From NCBI GenBank assembly GCA_009602725.1, contig WELB01000004.1, positions 320,667 through 384,666 on the forward strand: 64,000 bases of DNA, in the 5' to 3' direction. A program made the translations under genes and the position numbers. Of the stretch, positions 53,631-64,000 are shown in pieces. The notes under the pieces were generated by a model. The model did no database searches and had not been told where the DNA came from. It was given only the letters and a program-made list of their open reading frames with translations. The number at the start of each line of letters is the position of its first letter. Position 1 is the stretch's first letter. The stretch is from Spirogloea muscicola (lineage: Eukaryota).

Positions 53631-55414
53631 GAAGGAGTTGCCTTGCTTTGTGAGGAATTTATTTGGAAGCATCGGTTCTGAAAACTGATTCAATGGATTT
53701 GAATCAGTTGCGCGGATTGATCCCTGTTCGAATTCAGCGGCGACCAGCGATGGCGCGTCGGGCGCTTATCTGCGAACGAAGGCGGCCGTGGTGGAGATCC
53801 TCTGCGGGGGACGGCCCGGCCCGGCCCGACGTCCCGCACCGCTCTTTCTCCGCCTCGCGACACCTCCTGAGGACGGCGCCCCCGGCGAGCCCGCCGCTTG
53901 GCGCGGCGGGAAGCGCGGCGGGAAGCGCGGCGGGAAGTGCGGGGCAGGCCCCGGCGGGGCCGATACCCAGCGCCCGAGTGCCCCGCCGCGGCGGCAGGCC
54001 TGGCGGGCGGCGGCTGCCTGCGCCGGAGCTCCGGGCGTCCATGCGCTCTCGCGGCGCTGCGGGCGGACCGCCAAACTCCTAGACCCTGAACCCCGAACCC
54101 TGAATCCTTGATCCTAAAGCCTGTAGCCAGAGCCGCCGCTGGCCGCTGCCGCAGGGCCGCCGCGTGGCAGCTTAACGGACGCCGCCTCGGTCTCCGCCCT
54201 CCCCGCGACAGGGCAAGTGGGAACCCCTCTCAGGAGGAGCGCCGGACGCTAGTGGGCGCTCGTCGGGTCTTGCTGGTCCGGCAGGGCCTGGTACGCGGAG
54301 CAGGCTTCTGGGCGCCGTGGTGGCGTCCAAGCTTCAAGGCGAAGCTCGAGGGTGCAGGTTGTAGCAGCAGGTGCGGCGCTGAGCATGTCTCAGGTGGTAT
54401 CGCACTTCTGCCTCCAGTCAAGCTACTTGCTGATAATTTTCCGCGGCCCGATCAATGTGAGCACAGTCTCTTGGCGTCTGCTCCACACTCCGCTCTCGTG
54501 CGCCTATGCAGCCCCCGTTCATATCATACCAGCAGACGAACAGACAGACGAATATGGCCCGGCTGATGTTACGCTTCTAAAAGCAGAGTAAAGTGCACGT
54601 GCGTCACCAAGAAGGTGGTACAATGAGGCGCATACCACAGGCAGTCAGTCCCAGTGCTCCGTGGAGCAGGCACACGTAACTACTGGTTGTGATCGGTCAC
54701 AGACGTCCTACTCGCTCGATTGGGTAGCGAAGGCTCGTATCATTAGATGAGCTTCTGCAGGTTGAGCAACAGCGAGGGCTGGCTGTGATGACGGCAAACA
54801 ATTTCTCGATGCTGAGGCGCCCACAGCGGGCGTGCTGCGGACATACATATTTGTGCGTGTCTGAGCCGCTCTCTAACTTTGCAGACCCTCTTTTGCAGAC
54901 CACCGAGTCAGCAGGTTGTGTTGCACCCACTTCACCACCTGGAGCCCACCTCCAAGCTCACATGGACTTTCTAACAAAAGGTGGCATGAGCGACATGCGC
55001 ATTTGGGGCTACTTGGGGCTTTTGACTGGTCAGGACACCTTCTAAGCTCAAAGTATAAGATGCTCCTGCCGTAAGCTTTCTCTTAGGCAGCAACTTCAGC
55101 TGCAAGCGCCACTTTCCTTGCTTGTCCTTTTGTTTACATAGCTCGACACATGAAGCTCCTATTGACACAGCCAACATCTCTCAACATCGACTATGATTGG
55201 CATGTAACGTGATGGGACCACCTTCTATGACTTCATTCTAGCAGATTATAGCTGCTCAAAGTCAGTCATATGTCCTTAGAGTCAAGCCCGACTGGGCTTC
55301 ATAATTAACAATGTCCTTGACAAATTGACTCACAGCAGTTGTAAGCTGGGGGGGGGGGGGGGGCCAAGTCAGCANGGGGGGTCCAAGTCAGCAGCTTAGG
55401 TTGTGGCTACACTA

Positions 55415-58109
55415 TTACTTGATGGTTACTAGATTCTCAGTTTGCTGAGTGCTGTTGAGCACATCTGTCGGATGGCCATTATGGTCCTCCCTCCCAGCAT
55501 CAATATCAAGCATGGCTCTCTCTCTTCGCAAGCGTCTCCTCCGAGCACGCCGGGTATCCAAGCCTGGCAGCCTAGGAGCAGGAGGTGCACGGTAGTGGTG
55601 CCACCGAGAGTACGGCTGCAGGCAGTCGGCTCCAAAGGGCCGAAGTCGGCTCGCGCTCATGCAAGCAGGCTGACAGCAACCTTGATGTTGTGAAGCGCAG
55701 TCCGCACAAGCCCTGTGTTCCATTGAGGTCAAGTTAGACAACTTCTTGCCTTCAACAGCGCAAGTGAGGGAGGGAGGAGGTGGAGAAAGATGCAGCTCAC
55801 TCGGTATTGATCGATCTAAGAGCACCCCTGAGTGAGAGGCAGTGACTAGAGAGAGCTAAGATATATTATTGGAGGCCGGCGGCTGCCAGCTACGCAGGAT
55901 AAAGCGGGAGCAGGCCTCACAGGAACAACTTGTTGCAGTCCAGGTTGGCACAATTCCGGTGCCGGGGCTCCGCCATGCACGAGCCACAGAGCTGGCACCT
56001 TGCAGATCTCAGGCCTTGCCGGGCAAGCCCATGCTCAAGCTCCAGTGGAGAGCCCTGAGATGACAAGCCATCATCATGACCTTCTTGGGCAGCCGTCCTG
56101 TAAAAATGTGGAGGGACTGCCAGACGGGAATCAAAGACGAAGAGGTTGCCAATCCAGTGTGCCGAGTCTTCTCTCAAGTAGGCCGCCACGCCGCCGTTCA
56201 GCGAGTACAAATTCTTGAAGCCCCTCTCCCTGTATATTGATGGAGCCAACATCTGATATAAGAGGCCGTCATTCTGCAGCTTATTTACAGGATAGCGCTG
56301 CCACGGCATCGCTATAAACCGTCAACGATCACAATCTGTTGTCCAGTGGGTGCTTCCCTTCACAAACATTACCTCACCTCAGAAGGGTGGAGTAGACATC
56401 GCAGCGGATGCCGCCTGTGCAGTACATTAGGACATCAGTGTTCTGCTTGTCAACGCCTTCCAGTGGATCGCACTTCCGTCCCCCTTCCACTGTCTGCAGC
56501 AAAAGGATGGATGCACAGGCAGGAATTGGATGAACACCAGAGCTCCAGAATAAATGGAAAAGCGGTCCAAATAGAACAGCAGAAGGAGGCTTGCTGGGAC
56601 GCTTAGTCTGGCACGGCCGATCTTATCACAAAGCAATCTTGTGAATGGATCATTCTCAGCCCAGATATGAAATGAAAGTCCAACATGCGCTTTACGTCTT
56701 GAATCTTTCTAGAAACATTGAGGTCGGATCTGGAGCCCACCTTGCCATGATCCTCCGACAGCCCAAAATCAGTCTCCCGGAAGCAGTCAACTTCTGGTCT
56801 CAATGCCCCTTGGAAGTGGCCAATGTCCCACTCATACCCTGCGTCACAGATGCTCAATGAGCACAGCCGCCAGTTGCGAAGAAAGACAATGTTGAGCATT
56901 AAGCTCGGCAAAAGTAGGTTAGGAATCTCATCAGGACTCTCCATTCCCATAGAGCACCCCACGGAAGAGCAGACCCTTCCGCACCATTCCGCACATCGAG
57001 AAGGAGCACTCGTCTGGCAGCGCCGTGGACGTGTTCCTCTTTGCTTCGGGCTTGATTGTTGGCGTCTGCAACATCAGGTCCCGCTGAGGCCCCGCCAGCC
57101 AGCCCTCGAGCCCCGCTCTCCTCGTCAAGCCGCTGGCTCTGCTGTAGCTTCTGCCTCCACTCCGCTGGGCTCAGCGGCGTCGCCCGCTCAGCTGCATCGG
57201 TTACACAGAGCCGTTCGCAGCCGCCATCGACCTGCTCGAGAGCTAACGACCAGCCATTGGAGTGTGTTGAACAGTTCAACACTCTCCAAAGGATGGTGTG
57301 ATGACATCCAACTCATGGCAAATGTGATGCGGAGAGCATCAGTGGGGGAGGGGCTATGAGTGAATGCCCTTTGGCGGTAACCATACCTGGACGAGCGACG
57401 CTTTGTACCGGAGCTTCAAGCGGGGGAACGTATGCCCCTGCGGAGACGCGGAGGAGTACGAGAGCAAGTCGGCGAAGCGGGGGTCCTCCTTCACAAAGGC
57501 CATGTACTCGCTCGTGTCCTCATGGGGCCCGCTGAACTGCACGCCGGTCTCAAAGAAGTCCATGTCCGAGTCAAGGCATTTAACAATACACTTTGCAGTG
57601 TTAGCTGAGCCCATCGTGCAGGGCAGCAATCAATGGCGGCAATAGATGGCGAGCCAGCCTGAGGCTGTGTGCTCGCACCTGGGCATTGATGCCCTGCTCA
57701 CTGATGTAAATCCGGCCCGCCAGGTCGCGGCCCTGAGAGCGCAATGCAAAGAGCGAGAGCTCGCAGGAGTGTGAGACTTCCTGAAGCGAACACCACGCGG
57801 TCATGCCCAGCGAATTATAAGCGCGACTCACGAAGCCGCCCCTCAGCTTGAGCGGCAGAGCATCGCGAGAGGCTGGCGGCCTTGAGGACTGAGCCATGGC
57901 GGCTGCAGCGGCATCGACCTGGACGAAGGCGCGGTGGGCGTGGACGACCGCCAGGGGGTCGTCCAGCGCCACGAGGTGGTAGAAGTTCACGACCACGTAG
58001 CCAACCCCGCCAGCGGCGACTGCGGTGGCGGCGGCGGCGGTCCAGCCGGCCGCCTGCGGAGCCGGCGGCACACCCGCGGAGCAGGCTCGCGCGCAGGCGG
58101 GAGCGGGCG
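55415..58109 (-). CDS. Rhodanese-domain protein of the TrhO/UPF0176 family (plant STR8-like), 5' end in gap
   Basis: Exon peptides YVVVNFYHLV, GRIYISEQGINAQ, FPRLKLRYK, LLDVRN.YEWDIGHFQGA, LMYCTGGIRC, GFKNLYSLNGGVAAYL, LFVFDSRL and CANLDCNKLF. Confidence 0.9.
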
Positions 58110-58539
58110 NNNNNNNNNNNNNNNNNNNNNNNNNNNNNNNNNNNNNNNNNNNNNNNNNNNNNNNNNNNNNNNNNNNNNNNNNNNNNNNNNNNNNNNNNNN
58201 NNNNNNNNNNNNNNNNNNNNNNNNNNNNNNNNNNNNNNNNNNNNNNNNNNNNNNNNNNNNNNNNNNNNNNNNNNNNNNNNNNNNNNNNNNNNNNNNNNNN
58301 NNNNNNNNNNNNNNNNNNNNNNNNNNNNNNNNNNNNNNNNNNNNNNNNNNNNNNNNNNNNNNNNNNNNNNNNNNNNNNNNNNNNNNNNNNNNNNNNNNNN
58401 NNNNNNNNNNNNNNNNNNNNNNNNNNNNNNNNNNNNNNNNNNNNNNNNNNNNNNNNNNNNNNNNNNNNNNNNNNNNNNNNNNNNNNNNNNNNNNNNNNNN
58501 NNNNNNNNNNNNNNNNNNNNNNNNNNNNNNNNNNNNNNN

Positions 58540-60071
58540 CGGCGAGGCGTGCTTCGCCTGCGGCGCGGCGGGCCACGCGACGCGCGACTGCCCGGGACGG
58601 GCCACCGCCTCGGCCTCCCGGAAGGTGCGGCCTCGCTCCGCGGCCATGGCTCCGCGACGCCGCCGCCGAGCGTCCTCTTGGCTCAGCCGTGCCGATTGCT
58701 TGTCAGTGCCGCCATTGGGTCCGCGTGGTCTTGGAGTGTGCCGCCTCCCACGGCGACGACATGGAGGTCCGTCTCGGCGGGCGGCTGATGGTGGCGGTTG
58801 GCTTCCGCAGACGTGCCTGCTGTGCCGCGAGCGCGGCCACCAGCTGAAGGACTGCCCCAAGGCCGTGGCGGCCCCGTCGCGGGGGGGAGCCGCCGCGGCG
58901 GGCGCGGCGGGGATCTGCTACAACTGCGGGGCTGCCGGCCACCGCCTCGCAGCCTGCCCGGACCCGCCGCGGGTCGGTGCGCCCACCTCCCTCTAATGCT
59001 CCTGCAGTCCCCAGCCTGTCTGCGACTCCAGCTCAGTCAGCCTGCCTCCCTCCTATTGACTTTGGGTTTATATAATTTTGTGGGGATCCATGTCGTGAAG
59101 TGGAAGCAGTGATAGTATTTGACAGCCATACTTCTTTTTGTAACACCAAAAGTTCTGATGTTGGTTTGTGTTTGAGTTTGTCCACTCTTCATGGTTTTAT
59201 TGTGACTGCACTTGATTGTGCAGCTCGACCAGACTCCATTGTGACCCTCGCTGTTGCAACTTCTGCGGGCAGGCGGGGCACTACTTGCGACGTGCTTTAC
59301 ATGCGGAGAGGCGGGGCACCTGAGCCGTGACTGCAGCTCCAATCCCCACGGCGTGTACCCCAAGGTCAGCCTGCCGACCGACCCTGGGCTAGGCACCGTG
59401 GCCACCGGAAGCAAGCTGAGCCAATACACTGGAGCTAGACAATCTCATGCCGTTTTGAGCACCGCAGGGCGGGTGCTGCAAGGTCTGCGGCAAGGTGAGC
59501 CACCTAGCCAAGGACTGCCCAAGCAAGCTGCTTGGAGGGGCCACAGGAGCGCGAGCTGGGAGCAGTAAGAAGCTGCAAATTGGTGGTGAGCTCAGCCTTA
59601 TTGCGCTTAGGAGATAACTCATACATGCGATGCACTCTCCTATGTTGCACAGGCTCCAGTGACCCTGCTGTTGACGCAAGGACACTCTCTGGACTTGCAG
59701 CCAATGGAGCCGCGGCTACTGCAGCATTGCCAGCCGGAGGGCTGCGGCACACCTTCTTCGCCAGCGGCGACGACCTGGAGGATGACTTTCGGGAGGAACT
59801 AGCAGGCAATTCGGGCGAGCTGGCAGCGCATGATGCAGATGACGATCTCAAAGAGGAGGAAGGCCTGCAGGGAACGCTGGAGAGCGGCAGCAGGTTAGAG
59901 GAAGGTACACCAGGGGGAGGCGTGGGTGAGAGTCGCCTGGATAGGAAGCGGCGGGCAACCTCAACTCCAACCAAGGCTCTGAGAGCAGTAGAGCGGCTGT
60001 CGGCGACGAAGCAGGGCTCGACTGCCACATTGAGAGCGGCGAGGACGCAGCCCAAAGTGGTGAGGTTCTGA
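58540..60071 (+). CDS. CCHC zinc-knuckle protein, ZCCHC9-like, 5' end in gap
   Basis: Five knuckles: CFACGAAGHATRDC, CLLCRERGHQLKDC, CYNCGAAGHRLAAC, CFTCGEAGHLSRDC...NPHGVYPK|GGCCKVCGKVSHLAKDCP. C-terminus contains GDDLEDDF and ends PKVVRF*. Confidence 0.88.
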
Positions 60072-60212
60072 GTTTGCGTAGTGAGTGCAGGTGACTGGCT
60101 CTCCTTCTTTGTCAGAGGTCTTGTACAGGGCGACACTCTTCCAAGACAATGCATTGCTTGGCCATGGCGAGCAGGGTTAGCCGAGTGAGGCAAACCTCAC
60201 CTGCCAAAAGTA

Positions 60213-60316
60213 GAGACAGAGGGATAGAGGGACAGAGGGACGGTGGTCAGAGGACAGAGAGACAGAGGGACAGAGGGGCAGAGTGGCAGAGGGTCAGAGG
60301 GACAGATGGCCAGAGG
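60213..60316. repeat. Degenerate 8-mer tandem repeat (GACAGAGG)n
   Basis: Repeated GACAGAGG / GGCAGAGG units downstream of the zinc-knuckle gene. Confidence 0.75.
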
Positions 60317-60759
60317 GCCAAAGCTGTAAAGTACACTGGCAAGCACTTGACCACCTGCTGATATGCTAGGCGCACTAGCAGCAGGTTGCCACAGAGGTCG
60401 CTAAAGCACGCTCGAATAGCAAATGACAAATTTCAAGCCCCCACCGCCACCAAATAGAGCTTGCCCAGCTTCCTGGTCCAAAGCATGTGCCTAAGCACGC
60501 TGCAAAAACACTCACACGAGGCGGCGCAAGAACAACAGCAATGCTGTCGGCTAGCTGAGGAAACAGTACGCATTGAGATAAAAGGCAGAGCGGCCAAGTA
60601 GAAAGAAAAGGCAAGTGCATATACTAGTGTCGGCCCCCTTTGACGGGGTGCGAGAATGGCGCCCGCAGCTGCAAATTTGTCCCCTTGGGCTACAGCTGCC
60701 AGGAAAGGCTGTGGAATCGCTAGCAACCTGTACGCATGCCAGCCCGTCATACAGTGGAG

Positions 60760-61878
60760 CTACTGCGGCCGGCGGACGAAGAGCTTGTCCAGATCCTCGG
60801 TGGCGACGTTACTCCTGCACAGGCAAGGAGTTCAAGTCAACTCTGGCCTTGATGCTGCTGAAGTGCCTGTCTTTGCGTCTCACATAGGATCAGGGCTTGA
60901 GAGTCTAAAGCAGATGTCTGATTGTTGTGGTTTTTAAGACTAGCCGAGAAGCGAAATATGGAAATGTCAACAAAGTCGACAGGCTCGCGTGCTGTCAATC
61001 AATCTGCCTCCGTTTCTGCATCCGTGAAGTGTGGCGCAGGCTAGGCTAGAGAGAAGTGATTGCAGGGAGGGTAAACTGGAGCCCCAGAGGAAGGAGGAGG
61101 ATCATGGGAGCCTTGGCTCTGGTAATCAGGGTTCACATGTTGAGCTTCAAGCTGAGGTTAAGAATTGGGCTTGAGAGGCTTAGGCAACAGGGGATGTTTG
61201 ACTAATCAGATTGTGCCCATTAAGAAGGCTTTAGGCGGATGGTGTGAGGCTCACCGGCCCCTGAGCTGGGGCGGCAGCAGCAGCCCCTGCATGGCGCCCG
61301 GCGCGCCTCGCGGCGGCAGCAGCTGGCCACGCGGCAGCTTGCTGAGCTGCTGCGCCGCGGCGCTGCGGCCGTTGGGCTCGCCGCGCTTCCGAGACTGCTG
61401 CTGGCTCTGGCAGACGTGCTCCGGCGGACCCAAGAGGGTGGCCGCGTCGGGGAGGACCAGGGCGGGAGCCGGCAGAGGCGCCGGAGGCGCGGCCGGCGCT
61501 GGCGGCGTGGACGCCGCAGGCCTGCGACTCCGGGAAGCCAATTGAGGCGATGTCAGAGCAGAGGAGTCGTCAAGGTAACCCAAAGTGCAACGACGCCGTC
61601 GATGCCGACGACAAAGCAAACCCAGCGCCAGCGAAGGTGGACCAATAACCAACACCTCCGACACTAACTCCCAAACCCCGCGCCCTGGTACCTGATAAGA
61701 TGATGTCTGTTTTCTAGTATGGCGTTCGATACGACCGAGCGCAGAGTGCGGCAGACCTCAGGCGAGCGGCGGTGGGCTGCGCTGCAGGAGGCGGCCGAGG
61801 CCCCGGCAAGGCGGGGCCGCCGGCGCCGTCCTCGTCAGGCTCCGAGTCCGAGCCGGGGCCGTAGTCCACGAGCGCCAT
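60760..61878 (-). CDS. Small uncharacterised Pro/Ala-rich protein, about 3 exons
   Basis: Starts MALVDYGPGSDSE. The middle exon contains LPDAATLLG...LLLPPQLRGR. The last exon reads SNVATEDLDKLFVRRPQ*. PPQLxGRSNVxTED is recalled as a motif of conserved plant hypothetical proteins. Confidence 0.65.
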
Positions 61879-62724
61879 CGCCGCGGCGGAGTGGTCATGC
61901 CCGGCCCGGGCGCGCCGGCNNNNNNNNNNNNNNNNNNNNNNNNNNNNNNNNNNNNNNNNNNNNNNNNNNNNNNNNNNNNNNNNNNNNNNNNNNNNNNNNN
62001 NNNNNNNNNNNNNNNNNNNNNNNNNNNNNNNNNNNNNNNNNNNNNNNNNNNNNNNNNNNNNNNNNNNNNNNNNNNNNNNNNNNNNNNNNNNNNNNNNNNN
62101 NNNNNNNNNNNNNNNNNNNNNNNNNNNNNNNNNNNNNNNNNNNNNNNNNNNNNNNNNNNNNNNNNNNNNNNNNNNNNNNNNNNNNNNNNNNNNNNNNNNN
62201 NNNNNNNNNNNNNNNNNNNNNNNNNNNNNNNNNNNNNNNNNNNNNNNNNNNNNNNNNNNNNNNNNNNNNNNNNNNNNNNNNNNNNNNNNNNNNNNNNNCT
62301 CCCCCCCTCCACCTCCCTCCTCCCGGCTCCCCCGGCAGGCGGGTCAACCCTCAACAGCCCTCCATGGACGCGGAGCTGGCTGCCATCCCGAGCTCGCTCC
62401 CTCCCCCGACGAAGCTCCTGCGCCCGCATTGACACGGGGCAGCCCACGACGCGGCGCGCCAGCAACGCCCACCTCCAGCGCTGCCTGCTGCCGCCGCCGC
62501 TGCCCGCCGCACTCGCCGCCGCTGCCTGCGCAGCGAGCCTGCGGCTGCGGGGCCCACCGAAGGCTCCACAGCTGCCGGGCCTCGGAGGCGCGAGCCGCTG
62601 CCGGGAGCGCGCCTGGCGGCTCGCTCCGAGTGAAGCCGGGGGGCCCTCGTCGCCCAAGCCAGCGCTCCCGGCGCTTACGCCGGCGGCGCCGGCCAGGGAC
62701 GGCGGGCCCCGCGGTCGTCGTGCC

Positions 62725-64000
62725 ATGCCGACGCCGCGGCGGCTGCTCCTCCCAGCATGCCTCCTCCTGTGGGCCGCGGCGTCCGTCGCGGACCTCGGCG
62801 ACCAGCCGCCGGGGCGCGACCTCGCTCTGCACGAGCTCTCGCAAGGCAATCAGCCGACTCCTGGCGCACCTTGGCCAGCCCCGCCTGACTGTCTCACAGG
62901 CCCGAGCTTTCGCGGCCGCCATGGAGCCGCGGTTGTGGAGCCCTGCCGTGTTCCAAGCGGCTGAGCTCGTCAGCTCTCTCTCGCGGCGTTGAGCTCTTCC
63001 AGGTGATGCGCTCCATGCAGCGGGCGCGAGGAGCTTGCTGCAGGCCACCGGCCCCCTGGCTTCCGCGACGCCGCCGCCGCCGCCGACGCCGGCAGTGGAT
63101 GCTGCCGGCGTGCAGCTGCTGGCGGTGAAGAATCGCGTCGACCCCCTCGACGGCTTCAAGTACTACCGCGGCGGCTACAACCCTCGGAGCAAGCACTACT
63201 GGGGGGTACGCGGCCTTCCTCCACCCCTCCTCCCTCCTCCTCCCTCCCCAGATTGCGAGCTGCTGACAGCCGACGTCGTCCTCCGTCTGGCCGGGATCTC
63301 TGGCCGCCGGAGCTCACATCGATTCTGTCATTCGTGGGCATGGCTCTGGTCTGACCAGCTGCGGCTTGTGGGTGTGGGCACCGCCCGTCGCTCCTGCAGT
63401 CGCTGGCGTTCCTCGGCATCTGGGGGTATGCCGCGGGAGCGCTGTGGCTGCTGCTCGGCGCCCTCGCCGTCCTCGGGCTCCTGTGCTGCTGCTGCTGTGG
63501 CTGTCGCGCCCCCAAGGCACGCGGTCAAGGCAAGGAGCCCGAGACGAGCGCGCCGTACATCTGGGCTCTCCTCCTGACCATCCTGCTCACTGCCGTCGCC
63601 CTGTGAGCCTGCAAACCAGGCTCAGCTTGCAGCACCGTCTTAGAAGGGGAAGTTGAACACTGACAGTAACCTTGGCAACAATTGTCACACTGACAGTGAC
63701 CATTGTAATAGTCACCACAGCTTCACAGGCGCCTGGAACTCAATTAACTAGCCCCATTGATGGCTCCCCATGTTGAGACTACTTCGATGTAATTTGCAGG
63801 GCCGGCATCGCTATACTGTCAATTGGCACACAAGGGCTCCGTCATCGTGCCAACACCGTCACTGACGAGATCGTCCGAGTGGCCGACAACACCACTGCCA
63901 ACATCCGGACGATCTCGGCCGTCCTTCAAAACACCTCGTCGCTGGCGGAGCTCCTCGATTCCGGCTCTGGGTCGGATGTCAACAGCACTGCTCGGGACCT
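62725..64000 (+). CDS. Conserved plant-type multi-pass membrane protein with signal peptide (possibly Tweety-like), runs off the window
   Basis: Signal-like MPTPRRLLLPACLLLWAAA, the motif RVDPLDGFKYYRGGYNPRSKHYW, a hydrophobic Cys-rich exon near 63400-63600 and a further exon from ~63800. Confidence 0.7.

Noticed and set aside
58540..59530. Zinc knuckles as retrotransposon Gag
   Set aside because: The gene is spliced, has the ZCCHC9-type NPHGVYPKGG signature and has no pol domains.

Overview
This window is intron-rich, GC-rich eukaryotic nuclear DNA with GT-AG introns and very GC-rich first exons. Gene content (NCL exchanger, SEC12/PHF1-like, AAE3, STR8-type rhodanese, CAAD/CURT1-like, plant-type membrane protein) suggests a green plant-lineage organism, most plausibly a streptophyte alga (inference). 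It is a draft assembly with N gaps and ~120-nt poly-A runs. About 14 spliced genes can be reconstructed by hand. Highlights: (1) an apparent in-frame, intron-bridged fusion of oxalate-CoA ligase (AAE3-like) and oxalyl-CoA decarboxylase (OXC/HACL1-like), two consecutive steps of CoA-dependent oxalate degradation in one predicted polypeptide; (2) an intron-containing NRPS-like gene (partial C-A-T-C) in a plant-lineage genome; (3) an undivided ancestral-type MadBub (KEN1, TPR, ABBA-KEN2-ABBA, CDI, kinase); (4) an ankyrin gene with one 99-nt exon per repeat; (5) clustered, partly identical 3' remnants of an RLE-type non-LTR retrotransposon, found upstream of gene starts. All exon boundaries and family calls are manual and unverified by searches.
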